Below, piece by piece: positions 20,890-31,923 of a DNA stretch of 64,000 nt (position 1 is its first letter; each line of letters begins with the position of its first letter). The notes beneath the pieces are model-generated. The model was not told the origin of the DNA. It made no database searches and was given only the letters and a program-made list of their open reading frames with translations. This DNA comes from an uncultured Spirochaetota bacterium (GTDB taxonomy: Bacteria > Spirochaetota > Brevinematia > Brevinematales > JAOACQ01). Location of the stretch: contig CAWIGG010000005.1 of assembly GCA_963835575.1 (NCBI GenBank), positions 160,001 to 224,000 on the forward strand, in the 5' to 3' direction. Position numbers and translations under genes: made by a program.

Positions 20890-20957
20890 ATTTATTTTCT
20901 TAATTAAAGAAAAAAACATATACTGAAAAAAATATTTTTTATATAAATAAAGAATAA

Positions 20958-22646
20958 TCAGGCGATCGGGCCATATTGAATGACATTTTCTTCCGGCGAT
21001 TCGAAAAATCTGGCGTTCGTTATTTCCTTTTCAATTTCCAGTTTGCTTTTCTTAATATTCAGTACCGTTCCAGGATAGATCTTATCCTTAATGATAATAA
21101 CAGGTTCCTCTTCGAGTATCAGCTTCTGCTCAATTTTAGAAACCTGTTCCATCAACTCTTTAACTTTTTTATTAATATTCGATTCCTCAGAGAGCAATTC
21201 CAAACAAAGGATTTTTTTAACTTCGGGCAGGCTTTCGACATATTTTTTCGGATCTTCAAATAACTGCGACCCGAAAGTGGCCGTCAGCTTAGTCATCACC
21301 GTTTGGAGCAGGTCCTTCTGGCGGTTCATGACACTCCTGACAGATTCAAGCTCGCGCTCCAGCTCAAGGTTTCTGCCGACGGTAAGTACTGTGTTTGAAA
21401 CAGTTTCCGAGCCTGCTGAATTAACCTCAATTTTATAAAGCGCGATGGTCTCGCCGCCCAGGATCCTGCCATGAGCGCTTGAGACAATTACTTTCTTATT
21501 TGAAAAGACCTTGCTGTTGATAATGGAATCCTCAGCCATTATTTCACCGCCGGCTTCCACATGTGCATTCTGGATAAATTTCGCGCTGACGCTGCCGGCC
21601 GCCTTGATGATTTCGGGACCTTTACCGGAAATACCCATTTTCACCGTTATATTCCCGCCTGCTTCAATAGCCGCTTCATCCACGCTTTGTTCTATAAGAA
21701 TATCGCCCCTCGATTTTACTGAAAAACTGGGGTGTACGCTGCCTTTTATAATAACCGACCCGTTATAATCTATATTTCCCCTCTCGTAATTCACATCACC
21801 GCTGATCGTTAATACTGCTTTGACCGATACCCTTTTTTTGTCGATTTCCAGATAGCCGTCAATAGCCGAAACATATATTTCCGGGTTATTTACCGAAGGG
21901 CTAATATTATCTCCCGCTTCATAACCTTCTACCATTTCGTTAACCGCAGCGACTTTATTTCCGAAGATATCTGTCCCGTCCGAAGGCTGCACTTCCATAT
22001 GCCTCTGTAATACTTCTTCCCCTTGAGAAACCTGGATAATAGAACCCTGATCTTTAAAATCTATTTTTCCGTCAAGCTGCAGTTTTCCCGCTTTTCTGGT
22101 CGTATCGATCAATAATGTATAATACTCCGGCTTTCCATTGACGGGTTCCTGCATTGACTGCGCTATTTTTACTTTAGTTATTTGCCGAACGGCGGGATCG
22201 ATTTTTAAAATCTCCGCCTTGATAATTTCAGGATCAACCGGGGCAGTGATTTTATTTTCTGAAATCACCGCGCCGATATCATCGTAATCGGAAAGCTTGC
22301 CGTTATTTGCAGGATGGATAAGATAATACGCTTTTGTTTTATCTTTTGTTATCTGGAATGGGATAATAAGATGCAGTCCTTTAATGCTGTCATTAACGAT
22401 AAATCCATACTGCTTTGCCCTGTAATTTTTAGCTGTTTCATCAAAGTGAATGCCGGCCCCAGTTTTCAGCTGGAAAAACGGGACGATAGAATGATAAGGA
22501 TATGCCGGGTCTGCAAACCTTTCCGCATCCTCCGGACTATTTGCTTCCGCTAATTCGGCTATCAAGTCATCCTCCGCCACAAAATTGTGATGGCCTGAAA
22601 GGACCGTATGGGTTTCACCCGCTTCATTCCGGTCTTCGACAAACAT
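20958..22646 (-). CDS. FapA/DUF342 flagellar assembly family protein
   Basis: GDVNYERGNIDYNGSVIIKGSV, beta-helix repeats, C-terminal IYPGTVLNI. Confidence 0.85.
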   Translation of the reverse strand: MFVEDRNEAGETHTVLSGHHNFVAEDDLIAELAEANSPEDAERFADPAYPYHSIVPFFQLKTGAGIHFDETAKNYRAKQYGFIVNDSIKGLHLIIPFQITKDKTKAYYLIHPANNGKLSDYDDIGAVISENKITAPVDPEIIKAEILKIDPAVRQITKVKIAQSMQEPVNGKPEYYTLLIDTTRKAGKLQLDGKIDFKDQGSIIQVSQGEEVLQRHMEVQPSDGTDIFGNKVAAVNEMVEGYEAGDNISPSVNNPEIYVSAIDGYLEIDKKRVSVKAVLTISGDVNYERGNIDYNGSVIIKGSVHPSFSVKSRGDILIEQSVDEAAIEAGGNITVKMGISGKGPEIIKAAGSVSAKFIQNAHVEAGGEIMAEDSIINSKVFSNKKVIVSSAHGRILGGETIALYKIEVNSAGSETVSNTVLTVGRNLELERELESVRSVMNRQKDLLQTVMTKLTATFGSQLFEDPKKYVESLPEVKKILCLELLSEESNINKKVKELMEQVSKIEQKLILEEEPVIIIKDKIYPGTVLNIKKSKLEIEKEITNARFFESPEENVIQYGPIA

Positions 22647-22899
22647 GCGGCTGATACTTCTGTCAATATAAAAAATAAGCAGTTTTATTTTATTACCCTC
22701 AATAGCTTATATATAATCATCGGTATTTAATATCTGCTTCTTACCACCAAATAATATCTTATATGGATTGAGTAGAATTATCAATAGTTATTTCTAATAA
22801 TGATATCTAAAACTTTGAAATCCTTTTTATTGCCTGAAATGTGGCAAAAAACAGCAAATTCAATTAAGATAAATATTGTTTTAAAAAGGAGGATTAATT

Positions 22900-23313
22900 A
22901 TGGCGGTCACAGGGTTCGCTCATTTATGCATTCATACAAAAGACCTTGAGGAATGCGGGAAATTTTACTGTGATATACTGGGGTTCAAAAAGGTATTTAA
23001 TTTCACGAAAAACGGAAAATTAACCGGTTTTTATGTCCGGATCAGTAAAAATACATTCATGGAATTCTTCCAGGACGATCATGACTATAAAGAGAAATCA
23101 TCTATAGCGCATTTCTGCCTGGAAACGGATAATATCGGGAAAATGAAAAAGCATCTGGCGGAGCATTCGGTTCAAACGACTGAAATAAAACTCGGCGTCG
23201 ATAACACCTATCAATTCTGGTTCAAGGACCCGAACGGCCTCGATATCGAGTTCCATCAATACACAGGCAAAAGTTCACAGAGAACAAAAAAGGATGTGGA
23301 AATAGACTGGTAG
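22900..23313 (+). CDS. VOC/glyoxalase family protein
   Basis: HLCIHT..FYCDILG, HFCL, DPNGLDIEF. Confidence 0.88.
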   Translation: MAVTGFAHLCIHTKDLEECGKFYCDILGFKKVFNFTKNGKLTGFYVRISKNTFMEFFQDDHDYKEKSSIAHFCLETDNIGKMKKHLAEHSVQTTEIKLGVDNTYQFWFKDPNGLDIEFHQYTGKSSQRTKKDVEIDW

Positions 23314-23322
23314 AATTTCATA

Positions 23323-24108
23323 CTAAGTCTGATCGGCAAAACGCCACCAGGCAAATGTGCCGGCCAGCCCCAGAACGCTAGTCAAAATCAGTATCATATA
23401 GTTTATGAGAGTGAGTGATTCCGCGCTTTCGGACCCCGCCGCGCCGCTGTAAAGCATCGGTATTGCCCATGGAACATATTGCGAAAAACCCAGCGCGCCG
23501 GCAAATTGCGCCAGCGCCATTGTGAGAACCACATAAGCCATGGGAGGCAGATATCCCCGGCCGGAACTCGCAAAAAACGCTACCGGCGTACAGAGTATTA
23601 TTGTAAGTAAAGAAGCTATGGAATATAAATACGCGTTATGAAAAGCCAGTGCGGCTGACCATCCCGGAATATCGATTATCAATCCGACCAACAGACTTAT
23701 TATCAATAAAATAACTGAAAGCAGGGCGCACCAGACTGCCGCAACAATAAATTTTGAAAAAACGATGGCCGATCGCGAGACCGGCAGCGAAAGGAGGTCT
23801 TTGACGGTACGGTCGGAATATTCCCGCCCGAAAGCCCAAGAAAACACAAAACCGTACCCGATCAATCCCAGCGCGGACGCCGCCATATTGAGTATCCCGA
23901 AATAATTCGGCCAGTCGGCCTTTCCCAGCAAACGCGCTTTGGTACCCAAGAGTCCTAATTTATATGCAAGTTCCGGATTTTTTGAAACCCATAACAAAAA
24001 ACCCATCATAACCGCTATGACAGAATAAGCCAGCAGGGTTGCCGGAAACATTTTGGATTTGATTATTTTCATGCTTTCAGCCCGGAGGGCCGCAGACATG
24101 CTTTTCAT
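23323..24108 (-). CDS. ABC-2 permease (bacitracin/lantibiotic-resistance type)
   Basis: 6 TM helices, FGREYSDRTVKDLLSLPVSR. Confidence 0.85.
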   Translation of the reverse strand: MKSMSAALRAESMKIIKSKMFPATLLAYSVIAVMMGFLLWVSKNPELAYKLGLLGTKARLLGKADWPNYFGILNMAASALGLIGYGFVFSWAFGREYSDRTVKDLLSLPVSRSAIVFSKFIVAAVWCALLSVILLIISLLVGLIIDIPGWSAALAFHNAYLYSIASLLTIILCTPVAFFASSGRGYLPPMAYVVLTMALAQFAGALGFSQYVPWAIPMLYSGAAGSESAESLTLINYMILILTSVLGLAGTFAWWRFADQT

Positions 24109-25028
24109 TGTACGCCTCCATTCACGCCGATTATTCTTAAAAAATAACTCTCCAGGTCTTCTTCCTCGACGTTTAAAAGCGACGGCGGCAGTCCGGAATG
24201 GACTAAGAAAGCCGCTATTTCCTCGGGATGGTTGAGGGCTTTTTCTCCTGTTATTTCCAGGATGCCTTCATTGGTCTGGTTAACTGAATATCCCTCATTT
24301 TTCAATTTAATTCCGGCGGCTGTATTATCAATTGTTTTAATAAGAAGACGCCTCCGGCGGAGTTTGTCCAGACTGTCAGCGTCCGCTTCCTGCAAAAGCC
24401 TGCCTTTATGAATAATACCGATGCGGGTGGCAAACCTGGAGATCTCGCCCAGGATATGGCTGGAAATAAATATGGTGACCCCCTGGTTAAAAGCAAGGTC
24501 CTTGAGCATTTCCCGTATCTCGACAATTCCGGCGGGATCGAGCCCGTTGGAAGGCTCATCCAGGATCAGTATTTCAGGCTTGTGAATCAGGGCCCTGGCC
24601 AGCCCGAGCCTCTGGGCGTTGCCCAGGGAAAGATTCCTTGCCTTTATTTCAGAATATTCTCCCAGCTTCATTCTTTCAATGATTGAATCAATGGAATGTT
24701 TATCTTTTATTAAACGGAGCCTGCGGGTTATTTCCAGGTTCTCCCGGACGGTCAGGTCGGGATACGAATAGGGTATTTCCACAAGAAAGCCGACGCTGTT
24801 CCATAACCCGAAATTCCCTCCGCGGACACGCCTGTTGCATAAAAAAGATGCGCCCGATGACGGACGGACCATGCCTAGGAGCATCCGGATGGTTGTAGTC
24901 TTTCCCGCGCCGTTCAAGCCGAGGAAACCGTAAATCTCGCCTTTTCCGACACGGAGTGATATGCCGTCCGCCGCATGGACCTTTCCGTAGTATTTTGAAA
25001 GATTTTCAGTCCTGATGATTTCATCCAT
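24105..25028 (-). CDS. ABC transporter ATPase (BcrA-like)
   Basis: GLNGAGKTT, LSLG, ILDEP, SSH. Confidence 0.9.
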   Translation of the reverse strand: MDEIIRTENLSKYYGKVHAADGISLRVGKGEIYGFLGLNGAGKTTTIRMLLGMVRPSSGASFLCNRRVRGGNFGLWNSVGFLVEIPYSYPDLTVRENLEITRRLRLIKDKHSIDSIIERMKLGEYSEIKARNLSLGNAQRLGLARALIHKPEILILDEPSNGLDPAGIVEIREMLKDLAFNQGVTIFISSHILGEISRFATRIGIIHKGRLLQEADADSLDKLRRRRLLIKTIDNTAAGIKLKNEGYSVNQTNEGILEITGEKALNHPEEIAAFLVHSGLPPSLLNVEEEDLESYFLRIIGVNGGVQ

Positions 25029-25249
25029 AAAGAACCTCACTGTTTTTTTAAACCTAAGAAAATTCCGGGAAAAAAAACATATTAAACCTCTTTTTTTACC
25101 TATTAATTATTTTCCCTCTCTCTCCATACCGGAACTGATTCGAAGTACACATTTGAAGATATGCAAGTGATGGAAATTCCTCAAAGCGGCGGGAAATCGT
25201 GTAATGGCTGCCCAATCAATGTGTGATTTCCAGTTCTCAGGGAATTTAA

Positions 25250-26461
25250 TTATAATTGCCGGAGCGCTTCAGCAGGAGACATTTTTCTCGCGCGTCTTGC
25301 CGGTATACATGCAGATATGGCTGAAACAATAATGGCCATTATAATGGCGATAAATAAAACCTGAATATCCGCAGAAGGATAAATGATCATATTTATCGGT
25401 ATTTCTCTATTCTTCACCATACTGCTGAAATTAAGCCCTTTTACGGATGAATAAATGGTTAACAAATAACCCAGCAGGCTGCCGGATATACCGCCAAAAC
25501 ATCCGATAAAAATTCCTTCCAGTGTGAAATTAAAGAAAATGTCGCGGTCGGTCATTCCCAGCGCTTTCAAAGTACCGATTTCCTTCATTCTTTCATAAAC
25601 ACTCATAACCATAGTATTAACAATTACAAACGAAGCAAGCAGAAGGATTAACAGGAACAGGATATAAAAGGCATATAGAGTTTTCAACATGATATTGTAA
25701 AGTCCGCCGGTCTGTTGATCGGGGTCCTGTATAACCATTCCGGCAGGCAGCATTTTCCGGATTTCATTCTGCACCCTGGAAAGGTCAGCTTTCTTGCCGG
25801 TAAAGATAGTGAGCTCTGTTATTCCATTTTGCATCTTGAGAAGTTTGCGCGCATTCTGAAGGTCTATAAAGAGAGTCCGTTTATCGATCATGCTGATACC
25901 AAAGCTGATAATTCCCTTTATTTTGAGCTTAATTCCGTTAAGTCCTCTTTCGGCGGTCGATGTAACCAATAAAATATCGTCGCCGATTTTAATCTTCATT
26001 TTTTCAGCCAGGCCCTCGCAGATATAAAGCCCTTCATCATCCAGTTTTCCCTGAGTTAATTTGTTTTCCAGATCAAAATATTTACTCCTGAGGTCCGCCC
26101 CCACTCCCAATGCCGGCTGCGTATTTTCTCCTTTTCCCAGAACGATGGCAAACCGGACCCGTTCTTCTACTAATAAGACACCCTTAATTTTACTGATTTT
26201 TACGGCTAAATCACCCGAATTGGGGATATAATCATCCACCGGCAGATAGCGTTCATATCTGACATAATCGGCAGTAGTCACCTTAAAATTCCCGGTCGTG
26301 TAATTAATAGTATTCCTCAAGACTCCGTTTACAGTACCGTTAAAAAAACCAATTCCAAATGTTACGGCAATCGTCGCAATGAAAACGGACAATGCCGTCA
26401 GCAGCGACCTTTTTTTATTCCGTAAGACATTCCTGACAGCGAATTTAATTAATGTAAACAC
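25250..26461 (-). CDS. MacB/FtsX-like ABC permease (pair 3, subunit B)
   Basis: RNVLRNKKRSLLT, ERMKEIGTLKALG, SPAEALR; GTG start after GGGGAAG. Confidence 0.85.
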   Translation of the reverse strand: MFTLIKFAVRNVLRNKKRSLLTALSVFIATIAVTFGIGFFNGTVNGVLRNTINYTTGNFKVTTADYVRYERYLPVDDYIPNSGDLAVKISKIKGVLLVEERVRFAIVLGKGENTQPALGVGADLRSKYFDLENKLTQGKLDDEGLYICEGLAEKMKIKIGDDILLVTSTAERGLNGIKLKIKGIISFGISMIDKRTLFIDLQNARKLLKMQNGITELTIFTGKKADLSRVQNEIRKMLPAGMVIQDPDQQTGGLYNIMLKTLYAFYILFLLILLLASFVIVNTMVMSVYERMKEIGTLKALGMTDRDIFFNFTLEGIFIGCFGGISGSLLGYLLTIYSSVKGLNFSSMVKNREIPINMIIYPSADIQVLFIAIIMAIIVSAISACIPARRARKMSPAEALRQL

Positions 26462-26471
26462 ATCTTCCCCC

Positions 26472-27692
26472 TTATTGGACTTTTTTAAGGCAATCGGCGA
26501 TTTCCAGCCTTGTCGCTTTTCTGGCGGGATAGTAGCTGGCAAGCGCGCTGAAAATAACTCCTACAATAAAGGGTCCCGCGATGGTCCCCGGGTCTAATTT
26601 AAATTTGACGATCCCCAGGACATTAAATCCGCTAATATTAGTGGTGCCGAAAATTGAAGTAATATCCAATCCTACTAAAGCCGGATAAAGGCATATAATA
26701 ATACCGCACAGGATCCCGAATAAACTTCCAAAAAAGCCTATCATAAATCCCTCTAAAACAAAAAGGGTCTGGACTTCCCCATCGGTCATACCGAGGGCTT
26801 TCATAGTGCCGATTTCACGCTGCTTCTGATAAACCGATATGAGCATCGTGTTAATAATACCGATCAGTCCGATAATTGCTATGAAGAACAGAAAAATACT
26901 AAAAATCTTTTCTCTGCTTTGCGTCTGGACAACCGTGTCCTCGCCCATCTTGATCCAATCATAGATATTATATCCCGGCAGCGACATTTTTAAATCGGGT
27001 TCAAACCGGGCGTATTTGTGATAGTCTATTGTCTTAATCGCTATTTCCGAAACGCTATCGCTGTTCAAAAACATTAAAGCTTCATTCAGATTGATAAAAA
27101 CTGCCGAATTATCCACCTGCGGATCCGGAGAGCTTATCAGACCGGTAATTTCAAGATCTATGGAGTCGATCGTATTCTGGCTGTTATGGAAAGTGATATA
27201 GACGGTATCTCCGACAGCAATGTTTAAGTTACTGGCCAGTATTTTCCCGATAACTGCGCCTCCGGGCCGAAGATTCCCTTCATAGATAAAATTAGTAAGC
27301 GAGAAAACCGAATTATCGGTTATCAGGTTGATTCCGGTAGCAATGATTGGAGCAGATACTCTTCCATTATCCAGGTCCGCTGTAAACTGGACCCTTTCGG
27401 TATAGGACTTGATGTAGGATTTGGTTCTGAGGACAGCCTCTACGGAACGGTAGTTGCTAATAAAATTACTGAGATCATAAGGGCTGTCTTCATCGAATGT
27501 CATACTGCGGATCTTAAAATCCCCGGATTCAAACTGAATCTGGTTTTCAAAAGCCTGTGTGCTGAGGCCCTTTATAAATCCCATCATCAGGATATAAAGA
27601 GCAATACCGGCTGATAAAATAATGAATGTCAATAGAGTCCTGCGCTTATACCGCAGGATATTTTTAAGCGCCATTGAAAAAATGAATTTCAT
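26472..27692 (-). CDS. MacB/FtsX-like ABC permease (pair 3, subunit A)
   Basis: KNILRYKRRT, REIGTMKALG, YYPARKA. Confidence 0.88.
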   Translation of the reverse strand: MKFIFSMALKNILRYKRRTLLTFIILSAGIALYILMMGFIKGLSTQAFENQIQFESGDFKIRSMTFDEDSPYDLSNFISNYRSVEAVLRTKSYIKSYTERVQFTADLDNGRVSAPIIATGINLITDNSVFSLTNFIYEGNLRPGGAVIGKILASNLNIAVGDTVYITFHNSQNTIDSIDLEITGLISSPDPQVDNSAVFINLNEALMFLNSDSVSEIAIKTIDYHKYARFEPDLKMSLPGYNIYDWIKMGEDTVVQTQSREKIFSIFLFFIAIIGLIGIINTMLISVYQKQREIGTMKALGMTDGEVQTLFVLEGFMIGFFGSLFGILCGIIICLYPALVGLDITSIFGTTNISGFNVLGIVKFKLDPGTIAGPFIVGVIFSALASYYPARKATRLEIADCLKKVQ

Positions 27693-27743
27693 AGGAACTC
27701 CATGTATTACAATTTATATATTGCTCGCGTTTGGTTCAAAAGC

Positions 27744-27887
27744 TGTCATTGCGAGTACCTGGTTTTTTCTTAGCAATTGACTATCGCACGAAGCAATCTG
27801 TCGATAAAAAAAGCTAAGTTAACGTGCAGATAGATTGCTTCGCTTTAAAATATTCGGCAGAATATAAAGTCGGATGCTCGCAATGAC
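27744..27887. repeat. GTCATTGCGAG-type REP-like palindrome (copy 1)
   Basis: GTCATTGCGAG..GAAGCAATCT..AGATTGCTTCG..CTCGCAATGAC. Confidence 0.7.
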
Positions 27888-27963
27888 GGTCTTTGTATTT
27901 AAATTCTTAAATTTTCAATAAACCTTGTTTAAACAATCTATTCAATCTGCCGTTAACACAACC

Positions 27964-29166
27964 TCACAGCTTCCTTAATGCCTCAGCCGGCATCAGCTTT
28001 CCGGCATGCCGCGCGGGGTAGATCGTGGAAAGCGCCGGCACCAGAATGCTCAGAAAAATTGTTATCATAAGAACGTCCCAGCCCATCTGCGGACGGATGA
28101 TATACTCCATCGGCAGTGCAATTCCCTGCATCGCGAAGTCAAAATTAAAACCCACTTTGTTGAATATAAAATTAAATAAAAATCCGAGTAATCCTCCCAA
28201 TATGCCGCCCATCGCGCCGATGATCCCTCCTTCCAGAATAAAATTAAGGAAAATCTCCCTGTCTGTCATTCCCATGGCCTTAAGAGTGCCGATCTCACGG
28301 GTCCTTTCAAAAATAGCCATCATCATCGTGTTGATCACGACAAACGATGCCAGAAATACGATGAGAGCGTAAATAAAATAGAAGATCCATTTGCCGGTAT
28401 CCATAAAATCATAGAGATTCCCGAGCTGATCGCGGACATCCTGCACAGCCAGGCCTTCAGGGAGCATCTTTTTTATCAAATTTTTCACATTCCGGTCATT
28501 TCCCGCGTAAACAAGAAGTTCCGTAGTCCCTTTCTTTATTTTTAAAAGCTTCCTGGCATCATCAAGGCCGATAAAGAAAAACTGATCGTCGAACATTTCC
28601 ATATTATACTGAAAAATTCCCATGACCGGCAGTTTGATCCCGTTCAGCCCGCCCTCGGAAGTTTTTGTCGCCAGCAGAAGATTTTCGCCGAGTTTAACGC
28701 CCAGTTTCGCCGCCAGTTTCGTACCTATATAAATTCCGCTTTTCTCTATAGAACCCTCTTTTATTTTATCCTTCAGTTTCAACACGCTGTCTTTTAAATC
28801 TATCCCCATACCGAAAGCCGCAAAGGTTTTATCGCTATTTGCCAGCATAATACCGAACTTTATTCTTTCCTCAACCGATGATACTCCCGGTATTATTTTT
28901 ATCTGCCCGGAAAGTCCCGACGAATTTTCGACTATTTCATCCACAGGTATGAATTTTTCCCTTTTGATAAAACCTTCGGTAATAATACGCATGTCGCCTG
29001 TTTGATATCTTTTATAGTTGTCCAGCAGCATATCGATCATCCCGTTCATCCAGCCCATGGCCACGGCAACAATAAACGCGGCGGTAAAAACGGCGCTTGC
29101 CGTCAGGATGGTCCGTTTTCTGTTTTTTAACACATTGCGGAAAGCGAATTTTAAAATCATAAACAT
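27964..29166 (-). CDS. MacB/FtsX-like ABC permease (pair 2, subunit B)
   Basis: RNVLKNRKRT, ERTREIGTLKAMG, MPAEALRKL. Confidence 0.88.
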   Translation of the reverse strand: MFMILKFAFRNVLKNRKRTILTASAVFTAAFIVAVAMGWMNGMIDMLLDNYKRYQTGDMRIITEGFIKREKFIPVDEIVENSSGLSGQIKIIPGVSSVEERIKFGIMLANSDKTFAAFGMGIDLKDSVLKLKDKIKEGSIEKSGIYIGTKLAAKLGVKLGENLLLATKTSEGGLNGIKLPVMGIFQYNMEMFDDQFFFIGLDDARKLLKIKKGTTELLVYAGNDRNVKNLIKKMLPEGLAVQDVRDQLGNLYDFMDTGKWIFYFIYALIVFLASFVVINTMMMAIFERTREIGTLKAMGMTDREIFLNFILEGGIIGAMGGILGGLLGFLFNFIFNKVGFNFDFAMQGIALPMEYIIRPQMGWDVLMITIFLSILVPALSTIYPARHAGKLMPAEALRKL

Positions 29167-29176
29167 GACAGTACTC

Positions 29177-30406
29177 CTATTGAATTGTACGCAGGCATTC
29201 GGCCGCCTGCATCCGGGTTGTCTTTTTCGCCGGATAGTAACTGGCCAGGGTGCTGGCTATGACCGATAAAATGAAAGCGTAAATGAATGAAGGGATGTCC
29301 CATACGGCCCGGATTGTGCCCGCCAGCCGCAAGGAAGCCATCATATTCTCGTTATTCTTCCCCACCATATCGGAAATACTATATCCGACGGCAACGAAAT
29401 ACCAGGTGACAAGCCCCCCCAGGATCAATCCCAGAATGCCTCCCAAAATGCCGATGATCAGCCCTTCCATGACAAACATGCCCTGCACTTCACTATCCGT
29501 CATGCCCATCGCCTTGAGCGTGCCGATCTCCCTTGTTTTTTCAAAGACCGACATCAGCATGGTGTTGACGATCCCGACAATGGCTATGATCGCTATGAAT
29601 ATGACAAAGATATAGGTTGTAATCTCATCCTGCATCGCGGCCCCCTCGATAGCCTCTGTCAATTCCCTCCAGACGGCGATCTGGTTCTGAGGAAGGTCTT
29701 TTTTCAAGTCGGCGCGGTATTTTTTATCATTATTTAAGTCTTCGGTAATAACTGTTATGGCCGTAACCCAGCCGGTATTGAGATATTTCTTGGCGTCCGG
29801 GAGCATGATATAACCCATGGAATTATTGACCATCGGATCGGTGGATTCGATGAGGCCTGTGACCTCAAATTCAACCGAATCTATCGTTCCCTGCCCGTTG
29901 CGGAATGTGAAATAGACATAATCGTTTAGCGAGAGCCCAAGGTCATCGGCCAGGGCTTTTCCCAGCATAACGCCGCCTTCTTCCAGCTTTCCTTTGTAAA
30001 TATAATTGGTCAATGAAAAAACCTCAGGGTCGCTTTTCAGATCAATCCCGGTCAGAATGCATGGCATTGAATCCCGGCCGTTATCGGCGTCAACCTGGAA
30101 TTGTATCCTTTCGGTGTAAGCCTTTACGTATTTTTTTGTTTTTAAAACAGCCTCAACTTCCGCCGCGTTCTGCATAAAATTGGACACCGAATAGGGATCA
30201 TCCTTGTCGAAATTGATGCTGCGGATCCTCAAATGCCCGGTGTCGAATTTGATATAATTATCGATGGACTGCTTTTTATATCCATGGACTATCCCGACCA
30301 TCAGGATATACAATGCGATGCCGACGGATAAAATGAAAAACGTCAATAGCGTCCTTCGCTTATACCTCAGGAGGTTTTTAAGCGCGAACGAAAAAATGAA
30401 TTTCAT
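29177..30406 (-). CDS. MacB/FtsX-like ABC permease (pair 2, subunit A)
   Basis: KNLLRYKRRT, EKTREIGTLKAMG, YYPAKK. Confidence 0.88.
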   Translation of the reverse strand: MKFIFSFALKNLLRYKRRTLLTFFILSVGIALYILMVGIVHGYKKQSIDNYIKFDTGHLRIRSINFDKDDPYSVSNFMQNAAEVEAVLKTKKYVKAYTERIQFQVDADNGRDSMPCILTGIDLKSDPEVFSLTNYIYKGKLEEGGVMLGKALADDLGLSLNDYVYFTFRNGQGTIDSVEFEVTGLIESTDPMVNNSMGYIMLPDAKKYLNTGWVTAITVITEDLNNDKKYRADLKKDLPQNQIAVWRELTEAIEGAAMQDEITTYIFVIFIAIIAIVGIVNTMLMSVFEKTREIGTLKAMGMTDSEVQGMFVMEGLIIGILGGILGLILGGLVTWYFVAVGYSISDMVGKNNENMMASLRLAGTIRAVWDIPSFIYAFILSVIASTLASYYPAKKTTRMQAAECLRTIQ

Positions 30407-30458
30407 AAGTACTCCTTGTCTTCTATATTATATAAAGTTAATGTTTGATTCAAAAAGC

Positions 30459-30625
30459 TGTCATTGCGAGCGCCCGGTTTTTTCTTAGCCATTGACTATC
30501 GCGCGAAGCAATCTGTCGGTAAAAAAAGATAACTTAACGTGCAGACAGATTGCTTCGCATTAAAATACTCGGCAGAGTATAAAGTCAGAAGCTCGCAATA
30601 GCCTGCCCTAAGCTTGCGAAGGGAC
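30459..30625. repeat. GTCATTGCGAG-type REP-like palindrome (copy 2, with a 23-nt insert)
   Basis: Collinear with 27744-27887; extra AGCCTGCCCTAAGCTTGCGAAGG at 30600-30622. Confidence 0.7.
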
Positions 30626-30701
30626 GGACTTTGTGTTTAAATTCCTGGTTTTTCTGTAAGCCCTATTTAAACAATCTATTCAATTCACCGTTACCATATC
30701 C

Positions 30702-31913
30702 CTACAGCTTCCTCAATGCCTCCGCCGGCATAAGCTTCCCGGCGCTCCTGGCTGGGATCATGGCCGCCAGGCTTGATATAATAACAGCCGCCAAGATTGC
30801 AATAATCAATACGTCAATTCCTATATACGGGCGGACCACAAAGTTAAAGGGAAGGTCCATATTCTTTGCCTGCTCGAAACTCAAACCGGTGACGCTTAAA
30901 CTCAGCACGATCAGGTAGCCCAGAACCCCTCCGGGCAAAGCGCCTATCGTCCCAATGATGGCCCCTTCGAGGGTGAAGCTGTTAAATATATCCCTGTCGG
31001 TCATTCCCATCGCTTTCAGGGTGCCGATCTCGCGCATTCTCTCGAACACGGCCTGCATCATAGTGCTTATGATCACGAAGGAAGCGAGCAGAATAACCAT
31101 CAGGTCGAAGAAATAATAAATATATCTTGCCGTTTGAAGCAGGTCGTACAAACCGCCAACCTGTTCCTCGATATTTCTGACTGTATCCGGTTCCGGCAGG
31201 ATGGCAGATATCTTTCCCTGGACCTCCGGTATGGAATAGTCTCTCTTCGTAAAGACAAGGACCTCGGTGTCCAGGTCCTGCATTTTTAATAACTTCCTCG
31301 CGTTTGCCATGTCCAGGTAGAAGAATTTACTGTCGAACATCCCCACGCCGAAACTCAATAATCCCTTTACGCGTACCTTGATACCGTTCAGTCCCCCGTA
31401 TGTCGTTTTCGTGGCCAGCAGGATTTGATCCCCCGCCTTCAGATTGAGTTTGCCCGCGAGGGTATAACCTAAATAAAGCCCTTCCTTTTCAAGCGAACCC
31501 GGTTTTATTATTTTGTTTGAGAGATCGAGCCTCGGGCTGTTCAAATCGGCACCGATACCGAACGCCGGGACCGTATTCTGGTCGTTTCCCAGGAGAATGC
31601 CGAACCTTATTCTTTCCTCAACCGTGTCCACCCCGGGGATCTTTTTGATCTTATCCGCCAGTTGATCCGCGCCGGTCATCGTTTCATCGACCGGCAGGAA
31701 TTTTTCATATTTGACATAGTCCTTTGTAGTGACTTTAAGATTCCCTGTCTGATAATCAACATAATTGCTGTCGAAATTATCCAGAAAACCGTTCAATATC
31801 CCGATCATCAGCGCTATGACTATGGCCCCGGTAAAAATCGAAGCGGCGGTCAATAGAGATCTTCTGCTGTTCCTGAAAACATTTTTAAAAGCGAATTTGA
31901 AATTGGAACCCAT
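30702..31913 (-). CDS. MacB/FtsX-like ABC permease (pair 1, subunit B)
   Basis: KNVFRNSRRS, ERMREIGTLKAMG, MPAEALRKL; ATG after GGAGG. Confidence 0.88.
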   Translation of the reverse strand: MGSNFKFAFKNVFRNSRRSLLTAASIFTGAIVIALMIGILNGFLDNFDSNYVDYQTGNLKVTTKDYVKYEKFLPVDETMTGADQLADKIKKIPGVDTVEERIRFGILLGNDQNTVPAFGIGADLNSPRLDLSNKIIKPGSLEKEGLYLGYTLAGKLNLKAGDQILLATKTTYGGLNGIKVRVKGLLSFGVGMFDSKFFYLDMANARKLLKMQDLDTEVLVFTKRDYSIPEVQGKISAILPEPDTVRNIEEQVGGLYDLLQTARYIYYFFDLMVILLASFVIISTMMQAVFERMREIGTLKAMGMTDRDIFNSFTLEGAIIGTIGALPGGVLGYLIVLSLSVTGLSFEQAKNMDLPFNFVVRPYIGIDVLIIAILAAVIISSLAAMIPARSAGKLMPAEALRKL

Positions 31914-31923
31914 ATCATCCTCC

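Noticed and set aside
25060..25249. Possible gene remnant or riboswitch upstream of the ABC ATPase
   Set aside because: Only short startless frames are present and no recognisable RNA motif.
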